Below are positions 21,860 to 30,516 of a DNA stretch of 30,738 nucleotides, one piece after another (position 1 is the stretch's first letter; each line of letters starts with the position of its first letter). Source of the DNA: Pseudobacteriovorax sp. (GTDB lineage Bacteria; Bdellovibrionota_B; Oligoflexia; Oligoflexales; Oligoflexaceae); the NCBI GenBank assembly GCA_050293845.1, contig JBNKNM010000047.1, positions 1 to 30,738 on the forward strand, read 5' to 3'. The position numbers and the translations under genes were made by a program. The notes under the pieces were generated by a model. It was given only the letters and a program-made list of their open reading frames with translations, searched no databases and was not told the DNA's origin.

Positions 21860-21951
21860 GTTAATCCTACGTTATCCGTGACTTAGCCTACTAAACCACT
21901 GGTTCGTGCCACTATCGCGAACCAGTATGCTAAGCCAACAAAGCAAAATTG

Positions 21952-21988
21952 ACTCCGCCGGTTATTTGACTAGGCGGAGTTTCTTTTT
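21952..21988 (+). terminator. Rho-independent terminator downstream of groEL
   Basis: ACTCCGCC (21952-21959) / GGCGGAGT (21973-21980) stem followed by TTCTTTTT. Confidence 0.8.
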
Positions 21989-22046
21989 ATGCGAACTCAC
22001 AAAAAGGTCAATTCCTTCGTTTTTTCTTCGTTTCTTTGCCATTTCT

Positions 22047-23354
22047 TTACTTAATTACACTCATATAAGGCGTTTTTACACGAGTCAATTCGAGATGATT
22101 ATTAATGTCTCTATGGCTTGCTTTCTTCTTGCGCTCCTCCCGTGAAAGCTGCAAAGATGACGTTCCTCGAATGCCTTCACAATGCACATAGCCCATGGTG
22201 GTTTTAAGGTCGCTATGACCAGCAATCTGCTGCACTTTAAGAATGCTCAGAGCTTCTTTCATCCCATAGCCATTTGCGAGGTTTGTAAGGCAAGTATGCC
22301 GCAATCCATGGAAGTGGATCGGCCTGACCCCTGCCCGCTCACAAATCTCTGAGAACCTCAGCACAGCCACACGACCAACATTAAAGATGGGCTGATCAAT
22401 GGGAAGATGACGGTACCTTTCCAGGATTAACCGCACGTCCTCATTCATTTCGATCATACGCACCCGATTGGACTTGGTTTGGTGCTTAAACCTCTTTTCC
22501 TTGCTGCTATAGGAACCACGCACCCGAATCCAACCTTCCTCTAGATTTACATCCTTCATGCGCAGATAGCCGATCTCCCCTAGCCGCATCCCTGTTCTAA
22601 GGGCAAAAAGAACTATTTCCGCTACTTCATGAGCATGTTTCATCTGCCACCGACGCATATAGGTTTCACCTTTTCGATTGGTATGAGGCTTCACATACCA
22701 GGCTCCATTATCGATCCAGTCAAAGAAAGCGTCTTCATCTTCTTGTCGCCAATAATCTTTAGGTTGTACAGGTAGCGGTGGGAGTTTAAATCCTCTAAAG
22801 GGATCGGTGTTCACATAACGCCTTTCATAGAGCCACTTAGCAAAGGTCAGAAGAGTAATCAGAATTTCCCGCTGATAGCTCCTATTTAAGACCATAGGCC
22901 TTTCTTCATTTCCTTCATGGGATTTCCTCACGGCTGAATAACTCGTCGTCAGAGGCTTTTTTCTGGCGATAGAGCGAGCCACTTGCTCGATATCCTTTAT
23001 ATCAAGGTCATGAACCGAGAACTCACCAATAACCGGTAGAATATGAAGTTTCATGTGCATCTTATAGTTATTCAAACAAGAGCCTGAGAGCTTACGGACC
23101 TCTTTGCCATGAGCAAACCATTCTTCAACTAAATCAGTTACCCTTTGAGAAGTGCAGCCCCGTTGGGGGCTTTTAGGATCAGGAAACCAGCGATCAAGGT
23201 CTTCTCCACGCCTAATGGCTCGAATCAATTGCTCTTGCCCCGTTTTTGTTTTAAAGTTTTTGGAGCGACGACGACCTTCTTGGTCGAAGAACCGCACGTT
23301 GTAGGTGCCGTGCTGGTTCTCCCTGGTTGTATATTTTCCGTTCTTACTTTTCAT
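22047..23354 (-). CDS. int: Tyrosine recombinase / phage-type integrase
   Basis: TGMRLGEI (R), TKS (K), HGLRHT (HxxR), AGHSDLKTTMGYVH (H, Y); N-terminal arm-binding-like YNVRFFDQEGRRRSKNFKTK. Confidence 0.95.
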   Translation of the reverse strand: MKSKNGKYTTRENQHGTYNVRFFDQEGRRRSKNFKTKTGQEQLIRAIRRGEDLDRWFPDPKSPQRGCTSQRVTDLVEEWFAHGKEVRKLSGSCLNNYKMHMKLHILPVIGEFSVHDLDIKDIEQVARSIARKKPLTTSYSAVRKSHEGNEERPMVLNRSYQREILITLLTFAKWLYERRYVNTDPFRGFKLPPLPVQPKDYWRQEDEDAFFDWIDNGAWYVKPHTNRKGETYMRRWQMKHAHEVAEIVLFALRTGMRLGEIGYLRMKDVNLEEGWIRVRGSYSSKEKRFKHQTKSNRVRMIEMNEDVRLILERYRHLPIDQPIFNVGRVAVLRFSEICERAGVRPIHFHGLRHTCLTNLANGYGMKEALSILKVQQIAGHSDLKTTMGYVHCEGIRGTSSLQLSREERKKKASHRDINNHLELTRVKTPYMSVIK

Positions 23355-23363
23355 AGATTCAAT

Positions 23364-23582
23364 TCATCCTCTTTCTGAAATTGCCTCTACGACTTCGCTC
23401 AAATTGTACCGGATGGCTCGACCCAGTTTGCGGTAAGGTATTCGGCCCATGGCTTTCCACTTACGTATGGTATGCACCGATAGATCAAGTAGATTTGCCA
23501 ATTGGGGAGCGGAATACAGTCGCAAATTAGGATCGATGTTCTGATTGTCAAAGAGCTGTAATATGTCATTCTTGTCGGACAT
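23364..23582 (-). CDS. Excisionase-like winged HTH (HTH_17/MerR-like)
   Basis: LYSAPQLANLLDLSVHTIRKW...IPYRKLGRAIRY; GGAGGAG RBS before ATG 23582; directly upstream of int. Confidence 0.85.
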   Translation of the reverse strand: MSDKNDILQLFDNQNIDPNLRLYSAPQLANLLDLSVHTIRKWKAMGRIPYRKLGRAIRYNLSEVVEAISERG

Positions 23583-23648
23583 AGACGCACTCCTCCTATA
23601 GACCATTTCAATAATGGGCTCAATAAGCTTTAAATTGTCGTCAGTGTT

Positions 23649-24530
23649 CTAAGCAGTTAGGTAATCGGGGCACCTAACTTGAGCGGTGTCTAACCAGCTA
23701 CCGAAGAAACGAGTTAAGGATTTTCGGGCTTCTGTTACGGGGTCTACTAGGGTTTCTGCCTTGTATAAGCAGCCGTAGAGTCGATCAAAGTTACCATTTT
23801 TGTTGTAACGCTTACGCACTTGATGAAGGCTGGCGAATTCTAAGGCTCCTAAAAACCTCTCGAACCTTAATCTTTTTTTCCACGATAGTGTTTCAGACTT
23901 TACAAAACTCAGTTGATTCATTATTAACTTTTTGAACGGGTCTGTTAGTAAGCTTATGGAATCGCTGCTAATACGACTTAGTTGATAGAGGCTGCGAAAA
24001 GGCAGCTTTTCTTTTTTTAACCTTACTTCTATGCGAGTGGTCGGGTCCTGGAAGGTTTCCCCTGTCTTTTCTTTTTGAGCTTGATAATACTTGTCATAGA
24101 TTAAGAACGACTCCCTTTTAGATCCACAATAAAAACCCGTTATTCTAGAACCATCCATCTCCAACCTGCTTTTTGACTTAAATCGAATCACCAATCCACG
24201 TAAAACACCTTCAATACTTTCATTAATATCGAAAGCAATATCCATTCTGACAATTTTTAAGTATTCTAATTTGAACTCGAAAAGTAGCTCGATAAATTCG
24301 ATAAATTTTTTGAAAAAAACCGATCTTGAAGGGTTCACTATTACTTTGTAGATAAATCCTTTTGCTGACTTTCTAAGATAAACCTTTTGACCTTCACCTT
24401 CGATAAGAATATAGCCAGGACTATGTTCATATCGTGCCTCAGTAATCTTAAACCCTAATTTATTAGCAACCCTGAGTACTTTGGTAAGTCTAAATCGCCT
24501 GTTTAGAGTTAATTCTATTTTGTCTATCAT
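23649..24530 (-). CDS. Rolling-circle replication initiator/relaxase, Rep_trans (pT181 RepC/D, MOBT) family
   Basis: VRMDIAFD, FYCGS, FLIYDK (putative catalytic Tyr) and TRIEVRLK parallel the RepD motifs RLDLAFD, YFG, RIYNK, RVEIELK; start MIDKIEL at 24530 after AGGA (the ORF track starts at 24623). Confidence 0.8.
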   Translation of the reverse strand: MIDKIELTLNRRFRLTKVLRVANKLGFKITEARYEHSPGYILIEGEGQKVYLRKSAKGFIYKVIVNPSRSVFFKKFIEFIELLFEFKLEYLKIVRMDIAFDINESIEGVLRGLVIRFKSKSRLEMDGSRITGFYCGSKRESFLIYDKYYQAQKEKTGETFQDPTTRIEVRLKKEKLPFRSLYQLSRISSDSISLLTDPFKKLIMNQLSFVKSETLSWKKRLRFERFLGALEFASLHQVRKRYNKNGNFDRLYGCLYKAETLVDPVTEARKSLTRFFGSWLDTAQVRCPDYLTA

Positions 24531-24747
24531 GATAATTCCTACGTGACTTGGGCTCCTTAATATAGCCGATAATATATTCATTAATTTTTCGTGCCGATTT
24601 GACTGATATCTTGCCATCTTCATAAAGCCACCTTCTTATGGTTTTTTCGCTTATTCCTAACTCCTCTGCCGCTCTCGCTATTCCTCCCGCCTTTCTCACG
24701 GCCTGAAACACCAGATTTCTGGCCTCTTTGTTCTGGTTCCCTCTCAT
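24490..24747 (-). CDS. Cro/Xre-like HTH protein
   Basis: GGIARAAEELGISEKTIRRWL; strong AAAGGAGGT RBS. Confidence 0.75.
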   Translation of the reverse strand: MRGNQNKEARNLVFQAVRKAGGIARAAEELGISEKTIRRWLYEDGKISVKSARKINEYIIGYIKEPKSRRNYHDRQNRINSKQAI

Positions 24748-24943
24748 TCCACCTCCTTTGCAAATAGTTGCCTGAGCTTCGGTATTCTAGCCACTCTAGT
24801 ATCTCTTCCTCGTACCAGCCCACCGCACGGTGAGAGATCTTGAAACGCTTGGGAAATAAGCCTTCATTCTCTAACCTCCAGATGGTTGTGGAACTCATGC
24901 TGACCATTTTCTTAACTATGTCGATTCGGATTATTTTTTTCAT
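24620..24943 (-). CDS. alpA: AlpA-family phage/satellite regulator
   Basis: KIIRIDIVKKMVSMSSTTIWRLENEGLFPKRFKISHRAVGWYEEEILEWL; AGGAGG RBS before ATG 24943. Confidence 0.88.
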   Translation of the reverse strand: MKKIIRIDIVKKMVSMSSTTIWRLENEGLFPKRFKISHRAVGWYEEEILEWLEYRSSGNYLQRRWNEREPEQRGQKSGVSGREKGGRNSESGRGVRNKRKNHKKVAL

Positions 24944-25056
24944 ATTGCCTCCTAATGACAGGTGAATGCTCTCGACATTAGGGGGTTTGATTTGGAATGT
25001 CATTTATTGTAAGGAAAAATATTATCGTGAAATTCTAGCAGTACAACTAATTGTTT

Positions 25057-25875
25057 TTATTTATTTTTATTATAAGACTGTTCTTTTAGGCTCATATATC
25101 TCTTGTAACAGGAGTTATAAGACTGCCCTATCTTATGACCATCTTTCCCATCATCAAAAAACTTAGTTAGTAAATGCTGGTAATAAAGCTTATTGAAATT
25201 AATCTTTCCATCGGAATCTAAGATTGTATTTAGTTGGTTATTTTCACTCAAAAACAATAGGGTTGATGAAAACGCCTCGAAGAATTCTGATTCGTATTTC
25301 ACTGTGGATTGCTTTTTTGATCTCTTCTTTTTTGTGTCTAGATTTGACGAATTCAGTTGGTCTAATTGAGCTGCGTCGAAATAGATAAACTTTAATTTGG
25401 TCCCTTGTTTTGGAATACTTTTCATCGGGACAAATATTAACTCGCCAATCCTTAAAGGAAAAAAGTCTAGCCTCGCAACAAAACGGACTACTTCTTCTAG
25501 AGATTCGCTGCAATTATACAATTGGGTGACCCTATTAATTCCCTCTTTTCTTAGCTTCCAAAAGTCTACTGCATTGAGAGTGGCAGGATTTTCGCGCTTA
25601 GAATACTCGTACAGCCTGAGATCTTCTTCATCAAAACGATATTTAGATATTGACACAGAGCTATCGTATTTATATTGCTTATATTCAACGTCATAAAATA
25701 CAAAGGCGTCCAAGTCTCCAGTAATAAGCATCAGAATTAATTGACTAAAATTGAATTTATTGTATTTCTTTAAAACTACGTCGACTGGAATATACTTTGT
25801 GCTGAGCAATTCAAGAGTCCTTATATGAAACCTACTAGAATCTTTTGTTATGCTATGGATGATCTCGATCGGCAA
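25057..25875 (-). CDS. Hypothetical protein upstream of alpA
   Basis: 272 aa ORF, AT-rich, no motif recognised. Confidence 0.6.
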   Translation of the reverse strand: MPIEIIHSITKDSSRFHIRTLELLSTKYIPVDVVLKKYNKFNFSQLILMLITGDLDAFVFYDVEYKQYKYDSSVSISKYRFDEEDLRLYEYSKRENPATLNAVDFWKLRKEGINRVTQLYNCSESLEEVVRFVARLDFFPLRIGELIFVPMKSIPKQGTKLKFIYFDAAQLDQLNSSNLDTKKKRSKKQSTVKYESEFFEAFSSTLLFLSENNQLNTILDSDGKINFNKLYYQHLLTKFFDDGKDGHKIGQSYNSCYKRYMSLKEQSYNKNK

Positions 25876-26158
25876 GATAACGTATTAAATATTCAAATTG
25901 ATCAGACAATTCAAGCTTTGCAGGCAAAATTGTATGTGGACACATCTGTCTATTAGATAACGCCTATTTAGTCGATAACAGCTTACTCGGCTTAAACTAT
26001 AGTTTTTTTGGATAAGATTATGAAATTTGGATGATCCGTGGGCGGATTAAGGTAGCATTCTGAAGTTTATAAATACGAATCCTCCACCGATTGGGTATTT
26101 AGAATTATGACATATTTACTAACGAAGCATCATAGATCATAAAGACTGATCAGATATT

Positions 26159-27016
26159 ATGAATCGTAAAGAACGACGAAAAAGAAAATCTCAAAACCGA
26201 TCTGATCGCAAAAAAATTTCAGCACTATGGTCGGAAATCAATGCAAAAAAAACCGACCGCGAGGCTTTTTTATCAGAACTGTGGAACCTATCTTTGGGGA
26301 AAGTTCGTAACGGTCGTATCTATAGGGGATCATCTAACTCACCCATAAGATTATTCCGATCAAGGGTGTTTGAAAAACTTCCGCTTCCAACTGAGGCTTC
26401 CGCATATTCTTATCCCCCATCTAATGCAAGTTTAGGAAGAGCCAATTCACAAGGAAAACCAGTTTTTTACTGTTCAGCCGGGGGACCTACGACTTTTGTT
26501 GAAGCAAAATGTGAAGTCGGAAGCATAGTTGCCGTAGCCGAATTCAGGATTTATTGCGCAATGGTAGTACAGGAAATCGCAATACAGGAACAAAGTGTCA
26601 CTAGTGAATATGAACGCTTCTTAACAGAAATTTTTTCAAGGCCGGGAGATACACTCTATCCCTATTCATCTAAGATAGCCGAACATTTGTTGCAAGGGAA
26701 GAATATAAATGCGCTCTTATACCCTTCAATCGCCTCTAACAATCAAAGTCAAAACCTTGCCATAAAAACAGATTTCTGTGACAAAAACGTCCGGCTTGCG
26801 AATATTACGGCATACGAGATAACTTCAATTCAAGACAAATTTAAATATGATGTAAATGAGATAGACTTCGCTACAGTAAGTCAAGAAGATGTTTGCTGGA
26901 AGGGTCGCAAGAAACAGTGGGTGCTAAGAGAAAAAGGGCAACAATTTAAGATGGTATCATCCGGATGGAATTGGGACGCCTATGATGAGAATGATTGTCT
27001 AGTCGATCCAGAATAA
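26159..27016 (+). CDS. RES-domain protein
   Basis: LFRSR (R), YPP...GRAN...PVFYCS, TTFVEAK (E), ALLYPS (S), NLAI. Confidence 0.82.
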   Translation: MNRKERRKRKSQNRSDRKKISALWSEINAKKTDREAFLSELWNLSLGKVRNGRIYRGSSNSPIRLFRSRVFEKLPLPTEASAYSYPPSNASLGRANSQGKPVFYCSAGGPTTFVEAKCEVGSIVAVAEFRIYCAMVVQEIAIQEQSVTSEYERFLTEIFSRPGDTLYPYSSKIAEHLLQGKNINALLYPSIASNNQSQNLAIKTDFCDKNVRLANITAYEITSIQDKFKYDVNEIDFATVSQEDVCWKGRKKQWVLREKGQQFKMVSSGWNWDAYDENDCLVDPE

Positions 27017-27378
27017 TTCATATACCAGGGCCTGTTTCAACGCAAAGATAACTTCTAGTCAATCTAACCGGGATTTAAAAAAGCTAATATAGCAACAGAA
27101 TTTTCCTTATATCAAGCCTATCTCAATACGCCACTAAAACTTTCACTTTATTTCTTTTATATTTCAAGCACTTCTATGCAGACATTGGCATACCTTGATG
27201 CAACAGTTTTGAATGCTGCTTTGCAAATAACAAAGAAAGAATAAAGATTTATTCAAAAAATTCCGATAACACCATTGCTTCTGCTATATTTATTTGTCAT
27301 TTAAGATATTTTTTATTGACAAGCTTAACTTTTAAGTCTAGCTAATGTCAGCACTTAGAATGACTAAGGTTGCTATAA

Positions 27379-27603
27379 ATGAGCTATTGGGACCCTGACC
27401 GCGCTGTAAGAGATGAAATCTACCGACTTTTGGCTATTAACCGTCTTTTGAGAGACGACCAGCCAGATGAGAGGGATTTAATAAAAAAAAACAAAGCTAG
27501 ACTTATGCAACTAAGATCATATTTAATAAATAAGTCAAAACCGCATCAAGATCGTACTTCTACTTACCCTCGACTCTTGGATCTCTCTGAGGAGCGTCCT
27601 TAG
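27379..27603 (+). CDS. Small hypothetical helical protein
   Basis: 74 aa ORF with AAGG upstream and TTGACA at 27316; overlaps the convergent ATPase 3' end by 44 bp. Confidence 0.4.
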   Translation: MSYWDPDRAVRDEIYRLLAINRLLRDDQPDERDLIKKNKARLMQLRSYLINKSKPHQDRTSTYPRLLDLSEERP

Positions 27604-29581
27604 ACTCCTTTGTATGGCTACTTTCAATAGCTTTTACATTTTCATCCAATACAATACTTTCCAGACTCACTGTCGTCGGAAGCCTGATCTCTTCAGTCTC
27701 TTTCTGACATTTTCTTTTCCATGTCTCACTTCCAATTTCTCGGCTCATTGTAGATGAATCTGCTACTTCAGCATATGCTTCAATTGGCTTACAACCGCGT
27801 TGCTTTACTAAATTAACAACTTCTTCGCACTCATCGTAAGTAAGATCTTCCAAAATTTGGCTACCTAATACTACTAAGTCTTCCCATCCTCTTTTGGCAA
27901 TCTTCTCGCTTCCTAACGGCGGCATAATTTGGAGTATGGCATCGAACCTGCCTCTCCTTTTTATAGCTGAGTCAAAATTATTAACGAAATTAGTTGCCAC
28001 AATTAAAACAATCTTTCTACTTTCTCGAATTTTCATAAGTTTCGGTAACATAGCAGTTGTAAAGAATCTCGAAAGCGACTCTTTTTCTCCGGATCTTTCT
28101 CTTACAAGTTCATCGATTTCGTCAAGCAAGACAACCAACTTATCGTTATTCTCTAATAAGTCAAAAATAAAGTTTGCCTCGCTTAAAGCATTATTTATTC
28201 CATTCTTGGTAAAATGGGATGGATCTATTTGCAACAATGGCCACCCAGCTGCTTTTGCGATATTTTTCGCAGAAGTTGTTTTTGCTGTACCTGGAGGACC
28301 AAATAAAAGTAAAGAAATAGGTACCTCTTTTGGAAGGCCTTGTGTATAGGTTACCTTATCAACTGACTTTGATAGTTTGTCGAGAATACAAAACTTGAGA
28401 GTTTTTTTTAGGCTTATATCTCTTCCATTTTTTTTCATCTTGGAATCTAGAAAATTTTCCATAATTACGTCGATGTCTTCTTTTTTATCTAAACAGGGAG
28501 TATAGTAAGTATCGCCTATATACTCAAAGCTTGCCCGTCGTAAATGATCTAAAACTATGTCATGGCATGATTTCAAACAATTAAAAACACTCGCGGTAGC
28601 CCAAGATTCGGGCGTCGGGTTATTATGACCCGAGCACCAACATAATGTATTATTAATTTCAGCTTCTCTTTCGGTCATGCAAACTAAAGATTCTACGAAG
28701 TTTAAAGGTAAAAAGGATTGTCTAAATTTTCTAACCACTTCTACAAAATCTACAATCATTTCATAGCCATAGCAGTAAATAAACCCCTTTTTTAAGGCCA
28801 TTTGAGCCGCACTTCTTGGGAACTTCTTTCTGCTTGTTATCGTATCAATAATAACATCTGCTGCACCATGCAATATTTCTTTTTCCTTCGAATCATCCTT
28901 GGATTGAATTACGTTTATATAGAATATTAGGGAATAGGCTAAGTTATATAAATCATATTCCTCGCTACTCTTGTATTTTCTAATTTCGCTTTCCATTTCA
29001 GAAAGTATATTTCCACGGTATTTATCTATCCATTCGAATTCGTCTTTACTATTAAAAGGTTTAAAATAAAGATAGGTGATATAAGGAGAAATACCGTCAA
29101 ATATAAATCGACTACTGTCATTATTTTTGTGAAGTTCTTCGATAAAATTCTTCAATTTTTTTTTATGTTCCTCAAAGGAAAATTCATTTGCTTGCCCTAT
29201 ATGATATTTTACTTTAATAGAGTTCAATGCATTCAGAACATAAGAATATGTATAAGGATTTGTTCCGGCTTCAATCCATTCATCATAAACATTAACTATA
29301 TTACTCGATTTCATATTTTCCATTTTTAATAAGCATTCAGACAATTTCTGCCAATCGGTATCGTGTTCATAAAATCCCTTCTCATTTCCGGAATCTAATA
29401 AAAAATCAACAACCGTCGCTGTAGATACAGAAGAAAATTTTCTTTGCGAATCTTTAATTCTAGAAAACCCCTTTTTATCATCAAGCCAATATTCTTTAAG
29501 TGATTGTTTACTTTGATTAAGTAGACTTTCAATTTTCTTCTTAATTTGAATTAGTTTTAGAATTGAATCTTTTTCAATCAA
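27560..29581 (-). CDS. AAA+ ATPase (classical-clade motifs) with ~350 aa helical N-terminal domain
   Basis: Walker A LFGPPGTAKTT, Walker B VVLLDEIDE, sensor-1 IVATN, SRH DSAIKRRGRFD; TTG start after GGGAG. Confidence 0.88.
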   Translation of the reverse strand: MIEKDSILKLIQIKKKIESLLNQSKQSLKEYWLDDKKGFSRIKDSQRKFSSVSTATVVDFLLDSGNEKGFYEHDTDWQKLSECLLKMENMKSSNIVNVYDEWIEAGTNPYTYSYVLNALNSIKVKYHIGQANEFSFEEHKKKLKNFIEELHKNNDSSRFIFDGISPYITYLYFKPFNSKDEFEWIDKYRGNILSEMESEIRKYKSSEEYDLYNLAYSLIFYINVIQSKDDSKEKEILHGAADVIIDTITSRKKFPRSAAQMALKKGFIYCYGYEMIVDFVEVVRKFRQSFLPLNFVESLVCMTEREAEINNTLCWCSGHNNPTPESWATASVFNCLKSCHDIVLDHLRRASFEYIGDTYYTPCLDKKEDIDVIMENFLDSKMKKNGRDISLKKTLKFCILDKLSKSVDKVTYTQGLPKEVPISLLLFGPPGTAKTTSAKNIAKAAGWPLLQIDPSHFTKNGINNALSEANFIFDLLENNDKLVVLLDEIDELVRERSGEKESLSRFFTTAMLPKLMKIRESRKIVLIVATNFVNNFDSAIKRRGRFDAILQIMPPLGSEKIAKRGWEDLVVLGSQILEDLTYDECEEVVNLVKQRGCKPIEAYAEVADSSTMSREIGSETWKRKCQKETEEIRLPTTVSLESIVLDENVKAIESSHTKESKDAPQRDPRVEGK

Positions 29582-29584
29582 TTT

Positions 29585-30184
29585 TTACACTCCCAGTATT
29601 TTCAGTATTCTTTCTTGACAATTTTTAACTTCATTCCCTTCATTATCATTCAAACTTCGTTTACCAAGAAGGGAAAAAATTTTTTCCATTTCGATGCTTA
29701 ATTCAATGCAAGACTTTTCGTATGATCCAATCAATAATGAGCTTGTTTTCGTACTGGATTTGCGGACTTTTTTAGAATAAAGAATTGCCTCATCAATAGA
29801 ATCAACAACTTTTATATAGGTTGATATTGTTTTATCAATGATAGGAGTTTTTGTAAAAATAGGAATTCTATTTGCTAGAGCAAACCCAACCTCCAAACTT
29901 GTTGAAATTCCGGGTTTCCTATCAGGGCAAACAATCCATAGAAAGTCGGAATTTTTAATGGATTGAAAATGAGCCTCCTGGGAAAGGTAAATAGATCTAT
30001 GAAGATCGCTTTCGATAAATAGAAATCCATTTTCAACTACTGAAAAACAAGGTGTTTTCGGAGACAACACTTCGCACTTTTTAATTTCTAAATTTGCTAC
30101 ATCCAGGCAAATTTCCGCTAGATGCCTATTGAAACTACCTGATACTGTTACTCTAATTTTAGCCTCCAACCTATAGTTGTTCAA
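29585..30184 (-). CDS. Nucleoside 2-deoxyribosyltransferase (NDT)/DNPH1-like N-glycosidase domain protein
   Basis: VTVSGSF, EVLSP, IKNSDFLWIV, GISTSLEVGFALANRIPIF (G.ST..E.G.A motif with catalytic-type Glu); TTG start, RBS not evident. Confidence 0.7.
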   Translation of the reverse strand: MNNYRLEAKIRVTVSGSFNRHLAEICLDVANLEIKKCEVLSPKTPCFSVVENGFLFIESDLHRSIYLSQEAHFQSIKNSDFLWIVCPDRKPGISTSLEVGFALANRIPIFTKTPIIDKTISTYIKVVDSIDEAILYSKKVRKSSTKTSSLLIGSYEKSCIELSIEMEKIFSLLGKRSLNDNEGNEVKNCQERILKILGV

Positions 30185-30516
30185 TTTACCGATCGGATAG
30201 CTACGAAAAAAATTTAATCTGGAGAGGATAATTCAAATACTGTACTTGATTTGTATTAATACAAATTTCAAACTTTATAGCTACTTAGAAGTCATTCCTG
30301 TTTTATGTTGAGCATGAGAAGCTCACAGTAAGCATACATAGCTATCTATCTAACTGAACGGCTTAATTTCCCATAGTACAGAGAATTACCGTTCCCCAGA
30401 ACAAACGCAGCAGACCATGGTTCACCAAGTCTATAGAGACACCTGCGTCTCGAGCAGAGTATTAGATTTTTCTTGTTTTCTTGGACGGAGTCGACCGTGA
30501 ACAACTCGCTCAAGCA

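Noticed and set aside
21906..22145. 79 aa plus-strand ORF between groEL and int
   Set aside because: Crosses the terminator and overlaps int antisense; no RBS
27186..27201. TGGCA...TGC possible sigma-54 promoter
   Set aside because: GG-to-GC spacing is 11 rather than the required 10
30415..30495. Cluster of restriction sites (NcoI, PaqCI, BsmBI, XhoI, SalI) suggesting a synthetic linker
   Set aside because: No vector or marker sequence; explained by short palindromes and chance
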